Source of the DNA: a virus
Taxonomy: Duplodnaviria > Caudoviricetes
Length of the DNA stretch: 39,068 nucleotides
Strand: one strand, 5' to 3'
Virus record (IMG/VR): IMGVR_UViG_3300036520_000015
Coordinates: 1 to 39,068 of that record
Below, piece after piece: positions 18,080-25,411 of this stretch. The first letter of the stretch is position 1. The number at the start of each line of letters is the position of its first letter. The translations under genes were made by a program, and so were the position numbers. A model generated the notes under the pieces. That model was not told the DNA's origin. It worked only from the letters and a program-made list of their open reading frames with translations, and searched no databases.

Positions 18080-18556
18080 ATGGCAGCGCTTAACGGCTTT
18101 CTTGCCCTCGGCACACTCAATGCGGCCGGCACGATTTTCACCGAGATCATCGCCTCCGGCTATGCGCGCCAGCCGATCGCGCTCGAGCCCGACAAAACCG
18201 ACGATGTGATCAATACGGCGAAGATCGAGTTTCCGGCCGCCCTCGCTGACTGGCCTGCCTTCAACGCTTATGCTGTGTTCACGGCCGTCTCGGCCGGTGC
18301 CCAGATCATGGCCTGGGGCACCAAGCAGGAGCGGATCGACCGTCGGGGCCGGCATATCGTGCCGGCTGGCGACATCCGTCTAGAGTTTCCTGTGCCGCGC
18401 GCCAACTCGGGCTCAGCCATCATCATGTCCGGTCCGCTCGTCCGATCGCCGCAGCAGCTGTTCGCGTCGCTCAACGTCGTCGAGGTTAGCCAGGCTGAGT
18501 ATGACGCCCTAGGCAGCAAGGATGCGCGCACCTTGTATGTGATCCCGGAGGCCTGA
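18080..18556 (+). CDS. Fibre adaptor-like structural protein
   Basis: GYARQ.I..N...IEFPAA..W fibre motif; C-terminal VSQAEYDAL.SKD.RTLYVI fibre module. Confidence 0.7.
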   Translation: MAALNGFLALGTLNAAGTIFTEIIASGYARQPIALEPDKTDDVINTAKIEFPAALADWPAFNAYAVFTAVSAGAQIMAWGTKQERIDRRGRHIVPAGDIRLEFPVPRANSGSAIIMSGPLVRSPQQLFASLNVVEVSQAEYDALGSKDARTLYVIPEA

Positions 18557-18558
18557 GA

Positions 18559-18744
18559 ATGGCCCTCCAACTCGGCAGCAAGGCTGTCGCGGCACTCAAG
18601 CTTGGCGCGGCTGATGTTGGCCTGCACCTGGGCCCCACCCCTATTACGGGCGTGGGGGTGCCGCAGGGCTTCTCTCGCGTGGTTTTCAACGGCGCTCGCG
18701 TCACCTTCAATAGCCAGCGCGTCATTGCGCCGACCGGAGCCTGA
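18559..18744 (+). CDS. Small beta-rich fibre-associated protein
   Basis: LQLGSK.V..LKLG...V..LHLG repeat; GGAGG RBS. Confidence 0.65.
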   Translation: MALQLGSKAVAALKLGAADVGLHLGPTPITGVGVPQGFSRVVFNGARVTFNSQRVIAPTGA

Positions 18745-18746
18745 TC

Positions 18747-19079
18747 ATGGCAGATGTGGAATTTATCAACGCGCTGTCTCAAAGCGTCGATCGGCAGATC
18801 GTGCTGCAAAGCGGCGGGGTTGGCGCATCATCTGGCTGGCTTCCGGCTCTTGGGTGGGGCGAACGTTTCATGGCCCAGCTAGACACTGGCGGCACATCGG
18901 CATCGGTGGCTCTGGATGGCTCCAATGATGGCAGCACCAGTGCTGGTCAGCTTGGAACGTGGTCGCTTGATGTGGCGAACCAACAGGTTGTCACACCGCC
19001 CATCAAGTCGCCTTACGCATTCATTCGCCTTACAGTCGTGTCAGCGACAGGCACCGTTACACTTGGCCGGGGAGCCTGA
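18747..19079 (+). CDS. Beta-sandwich-like structural protein
   Basis: SVALDGSNDG..PYAFIRLTV; 2-nt gaps to neighbours. Confidence 0.65.
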   Translation: MADVEFINALSQSVDRQIVLQSGGVGASSGWLPALGWGERFMAQLDTGGTSASVALDGSNDGSTSAGQLGTWSLDVANQQVVTPPIKSPYAFIRLTVVSATGTVTLGRGA

Positions 19080-19081
19080 TC

Positions 19082-19456
19082 ATGGGTCGTTTCGCACTCA
19101 CCAATCCACTGCAACTCGGTCAGCCCATCGTCAACGGGCAGAACGTTCTTTCCAGCAACCATTCACTCACTTCGGCTTCGCCAACACATACAGGCATCCC
19201 GGTTTCCAGCAATTTGATCGCTTTTTCAGTGAGCAAGTTTGGCACCTTGACGGGCGATTGTACCGTGGACATCGAAGTATCAATCGATAACGGCGTCAAC
19301 TACCGGAAGACCGGCTATAGTTTTACTAATGCCGAGCTGGCGATTTCGAACGGCACCGTCAAGGCGCTACAGATCAAGGGCACACATGTTCGGTTTTTGT
19401 TGCTTCCCGGAACAATGACCGGCGCAAACGGAATTAACGCTAGGATTTTAGACTGA
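19082..19456 (+). CDS. Beta-sandwich-like structural protein
   Basis: TVDIEVSIDNGVNY..HVRFLL; TGATG-coupled to the GH5 gene. Confidence 0.65.
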   Translation: MGRFALTNPLQLGQPIVNGQNVLSSNHSLTSASPTHTGIPVSSNLIAFSVSKFGTLTGDCTVDIEVSIDNGVNYRKTGYSFTNAELAISNGTVKALQIKGTHVRFLLLPGTMTGANGINARILD

Positions 19457-20814
19457 TGGCACTACGTGGCCTTACAGTCGCCTCAGACGGTACGCTGCGC
19501 CGGGATGGCGCTCGGTTTCGCAATGTCGGTGCAAATTGGGTTACTGGCCTTTGCCCGATATTCGGCCAGACCAGTGCTACTGGCATCGCTTATACCTCGG
19601 GGGCCGTGCAGGACGCAGAACTAGACGAGATGCATGCATTAGGCATCCGTGTTCTGCGGGTCATGATGCTGCCGACCTATCCCAATCAGTGGACGGCAGG
19701 GCTTCTCGCTGGCAAGGCGTGGAACGTAGCGAATGCCAGCGACCGCGAAGCTCACTACCTCAAAATGGATGCTCTGGTCGCCAAATGTCGGTCACGAGGC
19801 ATGGGCATTATCTGGACCATGTTCTGGCGAATGAACACCATCCCCGATCTTGTCGGGGAGAACCGCAGAGCATGGCTGGCTGCGAGCAACACGCGAACGT
19901 TTGCCACAACGATCACGCAAGAAATTGTAAGCCGATACCTGAATGAGGAAGCTGTCTATGGCTACGGCTTCTCTAATGAGTTGAACCACTACAACGATAG
20001 CCCCTCTGTCTCGATTGGGGTTAACACGGGTTACGGGACGCAGGCGAGCTATGTGAACGCCGATAACCAGTTTAGGTCTACCAGTGTAGAAGCTCCTTCC
20101 GAACTGCAAACGGTCTTGGCGTGGTGGTATGGGGTTGTTCGCGCAATAGACACCAACCGGATTGTTATGAGCGGGAATGGACCCAACGCTTACTGGCAAC
20201 CTGGGGGCTCATCTGGCGTGACCCAGCCTTATCGCAACTGGCTCATGGAATTGCAGCGCGACAACCCGATGAATACAGCGACTATCCATTTCTATGGGTC
20301 TATCGGCTACTGCGCTCGTGACGGACGCGGCTTTGGTGCGCTTCTAACAGGTGCTCGTCACTGGTCCAGAAACAGCAATCGAGCAATGATCGTTGAGGAG
20401 ATCGGAAACCAGCCTGTGACAATCACGGCGATATCGAGCGGTGGCGTGGTGACTGCTTCTGGAGCGGTCGAGACATTGGTCGGAGACACCATCTCAGTGA
20501 TCGGAACTGGCACGGCGTGGGACGGGGCCAGAGAGGTAACTGCCATCACCGCTGACCGCACATCGTTGACGTTGAGTGGTTCGGGTTCTGCTTGGTCAGG
20601 CACCGGCTACATCAACCCGATTTATGGTCGCTTCTCCCGCATGTTGGATGATGTGTTCAATGCCGACATTGACCTTCTGATGATATGGCAGTTTACGACG
20701 CAAGGCATTGAACTTGCGGCCGATGCCTTGCCCTATAGTTCTTTCCATCAGGGTGGCGGCAACGAATGGATGGGGGCAGCGATAGCCGCCAAGAACGCCC
20801 AACTCGCTGCCTGA
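19456..20814 (+). CDS. GH5-like (clan GH-A) glycoside hydrolase, no signal peptide
   Basis: RDG.RF..VGAN, LG.RVLRV, acid/base SNEL, TIHFY, nucleophile IVEEIG, MIWQF. Confidence 0.85.
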   Translation: MALRGLTVASDGTLRRDGARFRNVGANWVTGLCPIFGQTSATGIAYTSGAVQDAELDEMHALGIRVLRVMMLPTYPNQWTAGLLAGKAWNVANASDREAHYLKMDALVAKCRSRGMGIIWTMFWRMNTIPDLVGENRRAWLAASNTRTFATTITQEIVSRYLNEEAVYGYGFSNELNHYNDSPSVSIGVNTGYGTQASYVNADNQFRSTSVEAPSELQTVLAWWYGVVRAIDTNRIVMSGNGPNAYWQPGGSSGVTQPYRNWLMELQRDNPMNTATIHFYGSIGYCARDGRGFGALLTGARHWSRNSNRAMIVEEIGNQPVTITAISSGGVVTASGAVETLVGDTISVIGTGTAWDGAREVTAITADRTSLTLSGSGSAWSGTGYINPIYGRFSRMLDDVFNADIDLLMIWQFTTQGIELAADALPYSSFHQGGGNEWMGAAIAAKNAQLAA

Positions 20815-20832
20815 CCCCACGCCCTCGCAGCG

Positions 20833-20958
20833 TCAGTAGTCGTAGCTGTCACCATGGTGATGGGCACCACCCCGCACCATAGCAAATGCGATGATGGTGG
20901 CAGAAAGCAGCGCCAAAGCGCCGATAAACGCCAGAATATAGATGATCACATCCAACAT
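20833..20958 (-). CDS. 41-aa single-TM peptide MLDVIIYILAFIGALALLSATIIAFAMVRGGAHHHGDSYDY
   Basis: Not in the ORF track; GGGAGG RBS; long hydrophobic helix. Confidence 0.7.
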   Translation of the reverse strand: MLDVIIYILAFIGALALLSATIIAFAMVRGGAHHHGDSYDY

Positions 20959-21070
20959 GTTTGCCTCCCAGCTATGCCGCCTTTGGCTCTGCATCGCCTA
21001 GAGACTACGCCTGTTCAGGGGGCGCCACCACTGGACCAAGGTCGAGCGATTAAGTGGCGGTTAGTCGCCC

Positions 21071-21099
21071 CACGCCCCTCACATCATGTGGGGGTGTTT
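21071..21099. terminator. Hairpin, possible terminator
   Basis: GCCCCTCACA-TCA-TGTGGGGGTG-TTT at the end of the RHH gene. Confidence 0.45.
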
Positions 21100-21109
21100 A
21101 CGGTGCGGT

Positions 21110-21298
21110 TTACTCGCCAGCTTTCGCCTTCTTTGCCTTCATCGCCTCGCCTTCCTCGATGGTGTCGAGGTAGCGGTCCACGGCCTTGCGGATGAAAGCT
21201 GATCTGCCTTTCTCGCCAACGATCTTGTCCATGCGGTTCAAGGCATGTGCGGTCAGGCTAGTGTGAACGCGGATCATGAAAAGGGGCGGACGGCCCAT
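21110..21298 (-). CDS. Ribbon-helix-helix (CopG/Arc-like) DNA-binding protein
   Basis: MGRPP..VHTSL...LNRMD..GRSAFIRKAVDRYL; AGGAG RBS. Confidence 0.85.
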   Translation of the reverse strand: MGRPPLFMIRVHTSLTAHALNRMDKIVGEKGRSAFIRKAVDRYLDTIEEGEAMKAKKAKAGE

Positions 21299-21456
21299 TG
21301 CTCGCTCCTGGTGCGGAGCAAGTAGAATAACAGGTGTCGGTAAATAGACCGTCGCGGCTTAAACGGTGTGGTTTAGTCTGACGGAATATTGCAGTGACTA
21401 CGTGGATCCAAGGTGATAGTTCATGCGCCCACCAAAAACTGCCTACTGGGTGGCGC

Positions 21457-21846
21457 ATGGATCGACCTAAAGTTCTTGTCGTTGAAGACGAGGCCATGAT
21501 CATGATGGGCCTTGACGACGTTTTGACCGAAGCGGGTTACGATGTCGTTGGTGCGGCTGACGCTTCTTCTGCTCTAAAGATCCTAGACTTGGATAATTCC
21601 ACTATACAGTGCGTAGTCACCGACATTCGGTTACCTGGAAAGCTGAATGGGTGGGACATTGCCAGGAGAGCGCGTGAATTGGTCCCTAGCATGCCGATCA
21701 TATACACCAGCGGCGACAGCGCCATTGAATGGGGTGCTAGAGGCGTTCCCGAAAGCCTTATGCTGCAAAAGCCATATGCAATGTCTCAGGTGGTCACGGG
21801 CGTGGCGCGATTGATCACAGAACGGACGAGTAAGACGCCAAAGTAG
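21457..21846 (+). CDS. Single-domain response regulator (REC)
   Basis: VLVVEDE, phospho-Asp TDIRLPG, YTSG, LQKPY. Confidence 0.92.
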   Translation: MDRPKVLVVEDEAMIMMGLDDVLTEAGYDVVGAADASSALKILDLDNSTIQCVVTDIRLPGKLNGWDIARRARELVPSMPIIYTSGDSAIEWGARGVPESLMLQKPYAMSQVVTGVARLITERTSKTPK

Positions 21847-21849
21847 CTT

Positions 21850-22029
21850 CTAGGGCGCCTTTCCATCGAGCTCACGTATGAGCAACATCAGTTCCCGGTC
21901 AGCAATGGTGAGCAGCCGCTGCCCTTCCGAAATATCCTGCTCAAGGCCGATGTGCTCAAGACAACGCTGCATGTGCAACTTGATTTTCTTAAGCCGAATA
22001 ACAAGTTCTTCATCTGCTACCTGAGCCAT
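21850..22029 (-). CDS. 59-aa helical protein MAQVADEELVIRLKKIKLHMQRCLEHIG..ELDGKAP
   Basis: Below the track cutoff; GGAGG RBS 7 nt before ATG; convergent with REC. Confidence 0.65.
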   Translation of the reverse strand: MAQVADEELVIRLKKIKLHMQRCLEHIGLEQDISEGQRLLTIADRELMLLIRELDGKAP

Positions 22030-22159
22030 TGGACGTCCTCCATTTTCTCACAACACCACGGCAATGGAATTGTTGCGAGGAGTGCCAGCCGTGCGCAGAT
22101 CGCGCCTAAACCGCACATCGTCCCTGCAGTTCGAATGTGGGGGTCTGCCCCATCCATCA

Positions 22160-22186
22160 GCCCGCCATTTCGGCGGGTTTTTTGTT
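22160..22186 (+). terminator. Intrinsic terminator
   Basis: GCCCGCC-ATTTC-GGCGGGT followed by a T-tract. Confidence 0.8.
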
Positions 22187-22205
22187 GTCTGCGAAGGAGC
22201 CTGAC

Positions 22206-22280
22206 ATGCCTAGAGCTTGGATCATTCTCGGCCTGGCGCTCCTCGCCTGGTCCCCGATCATTCTGTTTCTTGTTCGCTGA
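22206..22280 (+). CDS. 24-aa hydrophobic peptide MPRAWIILGLALLAWSPIILFLVR
   Basis: AAGGAG RBS 6 nt upstream; not in the ORF track. Confidence 0.6.
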   Translation: MPRAWIILGLALLAWSPIILFLVR

Positions 22281-22289
22281 AGGTCTGCC

Positions 22290-22859
22290 ATGTCTGTTCG
22301 GGTCATCACCGCACCAGAGCCCATCGTCACTTGGGAAAGTGCTAAGGCGCATCTGCGTCAGGGCAGCGACGACGAGCAGGACTATGTCGAAGGCCTGATC
22401 GCTGCGGCTACCGCATGGATCGACGGACCTGGTGGTTGGCTTGGACGCGCCCTTGGACCGCAGCTGCTGGAGTGGCGGTTGGATTGCTGGCCTGTCCGTG
22501 ACCGGTTTGTTCTGCCGTTCCAACCAGAGCTGGAGATTGTTTCAGTCAAGTATTTTGACCCGACCGGTGTGGAGCAGACCTGGTCTTTTCCAACGCCATT
22601 GTATTTCGAGAGCTTGCCAGCCGTGCGGGGCAGGGTTGGGGATATTCGCGTGCAGTATTGGGCTGGGTATGGCAAGCGCGATCCCCAGGACGCGACCAAG
22701 TGGATCGCTGCTGTACCTGCGCCGATCAAGCAAGCGATCCTGCTGCTGGTGGGACATTGGTTCTACTCTCGAACAGCTGTGAACATCGGCAACAGTGTCA
22801 GCGAGACGCCATTCGCGGTTGATGCGCTGCTTAGTCCCTACAGGATCTGGAGAGTATAG
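22290..22859 (+). CDS. Head-tail connector (gp6-like)
   Basis: AKAHLR..LIAAA; VPAPIKQAILLLVGHW..R; LLSPYR. Confidence 0.92.
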   Translation: MSVRVITAPEPIVTWESAKAHLRQGSDDEQDYVEGLIAAATAWIDGPGGWLGRALGPQLLEWRLDCWPVRDRFVLPFQPELEIVSVKYFDPTGVEQTWSFPTPLYFESLPAVRGRVGDIRVQYWAGYGKRDPQDATKWIAAVPAPIKQAILLLVGHWFYSRTAVNIGNSVSETPFAVDALLSPYRIWRV

Positions 22860-22863
22860 GACG

Positions 22864-23046
22864 ATGCCAAAGGTTCGGTTCACCAAAGACTTCGATTTCA
22901 AGCCCACATCGCAGACGACCATTGGCTACAAAGCAGGCACAGAAAAGCTGATCACGACCGCAGCTGCCACAGCAGCCGCAAAGGCTGGCGCAGGAGAGGT
23001 CATCGGCAAAGCTGCAGAAACCAAAGGCGCGGCAGACGATGCCTAG
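22864..23046 (+). CDS. Small hypothetical protein
   Basis: MPKVRFTKDFDF..YKAG; fills the gap in the neck operon. Confidence 0.7.
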   Translation: MPKVRFTKDFDFKPTSQTTIGYKAGTEKLITTAAATAAAKAGAGEVIGKAAETKGAADDA

Positions 23047-23404
23047 CGCCCGCGATGTCGGCGCGTTGAACGACCGGATGCACTTCCAAAATCGCTCAGC
23101 CATAGATGATGGTTGGGGCAACAGCTCGGCTGGGCAGGGTGAATTCGAGACGCAGTTTACTCGGTATGCTGCATTGCGGCCGCGTATCGGCGGCGAGGCA
23201 GTGACGGCCGCTCGTCTGGATGGCAGGCAGCCCTATGTTGTCACTGTGCACTATGACAGGCAGGTTCTGGGGGTGACTACGTCTTGGCGCCTCGTCGACA
23301 AGAACAATGCGAACCGTGTGCTCAACATCATATCGCCGCCGGCAGACCCGGATGGCACTCGTCAATGGCTGGAGTTCTTGGCTGAAGACGGAAAGCCTTC
23401 ATAG
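23039..23404 (+). CDS. Head-tail adaptor/stopper
   Basis: G.L..R..FQ..DDGWGN; GGEAVTAARL.G. Confidence 0.88.
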   Translation: MPSARDVGALNDRMHFQNRSAIDDGWGNSSAGQGEFETQFTRYAALRPRIGGEAVTAARLDGRQPYVVTVHYDRQVLGVTTSWRLVDKNNANRVLNIISPPADPDGTRQWLEFLAEDGKPS

Positions 23405-23406
23405 CC

Positions 23407-23883
23407 ATGGTCACCAAAATCGAAGGCGTCGACAAGCTGAAGCGGAAAATGGCTGCTTTTCCGCAGTTGGCCCGGCAAGAGATTGCCAAAGCGATGGAGC
23501 AAAGCGCCGAAGAAATAGTGCGCTTGGCGAGGTCGCTAGCCCCATTTGATGATGGTGATCTGCAACGCTCGATTGGCTGGACTTGGGGCGATGCACCTGC
23601 GGGCTCGATCAAGCTCGGCACCGTGCGCCAAGAAGGCAAAGGGGCCGGGAACTTGGCGATCACAATCTATGCCGGCAATGCGACTGCGTTTTATGCCAGG
23701 TGGGTTGAGTTCGGGACTTCCGCCCACGTGAACGGGGGGCGTTTTACAGGGACACAGCATCCCGGCACGCGCGCGCAGCCGTTCTTTTTCCCGGCCTATC
23801 GTGCACTGCGAAAGCGCGTGCGCAGCCGCACGACAAGAGCGATCCGCAAAGCGGCTAGAGCTGCTGCCGCAGGAGGGAACTGA
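23407..23883 (+). CDS. HK97 gp10-like tail completion protein
   Basis: AP.DDGDL..SI; YARWVEFGT; AQPFFFPA. Confidence 0.9.
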   Translation: MVTKIEGVDKLKRKMAAFPQLARQEIAKAMEQSAEEIVRLARSLAPFDDGDLQRSIGWTWGDAPAGSIKLGTVRQEGKGAGNLAITIYAGNATAFYARWVEFGTSAHVNGGRFTGTQHPGTRAQPFFFPAYRALRKRVRSRTTRAIRKAARAAAAGGN

Positions 23884-24314
23884 TGGAAGCCAGTGTCGAG
23901 CTGATCAAGGCTGTTTTCGAGCATCTGAAAGCAACCCCTGCGGTCACCGATTTCGTTGCGCAACATATCTACGATCGGGTGCCCGAAGAGACAGATGGGT
24001 CAACCGGCGTGCCGTTCCCCTATGTGTCTCTTGGGCCATCGTCGACCATCCCCGACGACTTCGACTGCCTTCAAGGCGAAGAGATCACGATACAACTCGA
24101 TGTATGGTCGAGTGGGTCGGGCGAAGCCTTCAGCACGATGCAATGTCGCAAGATCTGCGGCGCGATCAAGAAGTCGCTCCACGATGTCGATCTTTCCCTA
24201 CCGACTAACGCCCTCGTGACCCTTCAGCATGAGATAACCCGGATCATCGACGATCCGAACCCCGCCATTCATCATGGCGTCATCCAGTTCACCGCGACGG
24301 TGGAAACTCCCTAA
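23883..24314 (+). CDS. Tail terminator (DUF3168)
   Basis: IYDRVP..FPYVSLG..LDVWS..HGVIQF. Confidence 0.88.
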   Translation: MEASVELIKAVFEHLKATPAVTDFVAQHIYDRVPEETDGSTGVPFPYVSLGPSSTIPDDFDCLQGEEITIQLDVWSSGSGEAFSTMQCRKICGAIKKSLHDVDLSLPTNALVTLQHEITRIIDDPNPAIHHGVIQFTATVETP

Positions 24315-24329
24315 CTCCCGGAGGCCAGT

Positions 24330-24776
24330 ATGGCTCAACCTGTAACGACCAAGGGCGGCAAGCTGCGCGTCCTCCTCGGCAACGACGCCGACCCTGTTGT
24401 CTACGCCGCCCCGTGTGGCTTCACGTCTAAGACCCTGACCATCAGCAAGGGTCTTGAGGAAGTGAACATTCCCGACTGCGATGATCCTGACAAGGTGGAT
24501 TGGGTTGGCCGTGACGCCACCTCACTCAGCATGTCAGTGTCGGGTGAAGGGGTGCTTGCCCAGGCCAGCGTTGAAACCTGGATGGATGCAGTCGAAAGCC
24601 TCGACAGTGTGCCAGTCAAGATCGAGCTGGAGTTTCCAGCCACTATCTGGACCTGGACTGGCATGATGCAGGTGGAAAGTGGCGAGATCGGCGGCTCCAA
24701 CGGGCAGCGCGTGACCGGCAATTTCTCACTGCAGTCTGACGGTCCGATGATTCGCACTTCGGCGGCTAATGTCTGA
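24330..24776 (+). CDS. Tail tube (major tail) protein
   Basis: PCGFTSK..IPDCDDPD..SVSGEGV..LQSDG. Confidence 0.9.
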   Translation: MAQPVTTKGGKLRVLLGNDADPVVYAAPCGFTSKTLTISKGLEEVNIPDCDDPDKVDWVGRDATSLSMSVSGEGVLAQASVETWMDAVESLDSVPVKIELEFPATIWTWTGMMQVESGEIGGSNGQRVTGNFSLQSDGPMIRTSAANV

Positions 24777-25159
24777 TGAGCCGTGAGGGGTCAATCACAC
24801 TTCCTTTTGTAGATGGGCCGAAACACTTTCGGCTCGCCTGGAAGGAACTCATCATGCTGCAGGAGGAGTGCAAGGCCGGACCTTTCGAGGTTTATAGCCG
24901 CCTCCTGACCGGCCGATGGAAGCTGGCGGAAATCTCAAACACGATCCGGCTCGGTTTGATCGGCGGTGGTATGTCGCCCGCAGACGCCCTGACGTTCATC
25001 ACCAGCTATGTCGAGAATCGCCCTCCTATGGAAAGCCTCGGACTGGCCCAGGGCGTGCTTGGCACAGGCTTAGGTGTGAAGGTGGGCGAAGCGCCGGGGG
25101 AGTTCGCGGGGGAGGAGGCGAACGCATCGACGACCTCCCCGACGGACAGTTCCGAATAG
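24776..25159 (+). CDS. Tail assembly chaperone (GTA gp10-like, gpG analogue)
   Basis: FRL...EL..LQE.C.AGP; IRLGLIGGGM. Confidence 0.85.
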   Translation: MSREGSITLPFVDGPKHFRLAWKELIMLQEECKAGPFEVYSRLLTGRWKLAEISNTIRLGLIGGGMSPADALTFITSYVENRPPMESLGLAQGVLGTGLGVKVGEAPGEFAGEEANASTTSPTDSSE

Positions 25160-25404
25160 CCAAAATCTACCAGCAAGGCATCCTCATGGGTATGTCGCCC
25201 GCTGAGGTGGACCGCACCAGCTTCTGGAAGTTTATGGCGGCTTGGAACGGTTATGTGTCCGCGAACACGCCATCCGACGGCAAACTGACTGAGAGTGAGG
25301 CAGAAGCTCTATTCGACTGGATCGGCGCGGAGTCTATTGCGACGCATGTGCCGCCAATGCCGGAATTCATTTGGGACGGGAACCGGCTAACCAGCCGGCA
25401 GTGA
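25102..25404 (+). CDS. gpT-like chaperone extension, probably reached by -1 frameshift
   Basis: -1 frame open across GGGGGAG at 25096-25102; MG.SP.EVD..SFWKFMAA..GY. Confidence 0.6.
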   Translation, partial: VRGGGGERIDDLPDGQFRIAKIYQQGILMGMSPAEVDRTSFWKFMAAWNGYVSANTPSDGKLTESEAEALFDWIGAESIATHVPPMPEFIWDGNRLTSRQ

Positions 25405-25411
25405 GGCAAGT

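Noticed and set aside
20854-21195. 113-aa plus-strand ORF
   Set aside because: Overlaps two better-supported minus-strand genes with RBSs
20990-22080. EcfG-like promoters upstream of the small minus-strand genes
   Set aside because: Only degenerate matches to GGAAC-N16-CGTT
21952-22523. 148-aa (+) and 168-aa (-) ORFs
   Set aside because: They cross a terminator and real genes; no motifs
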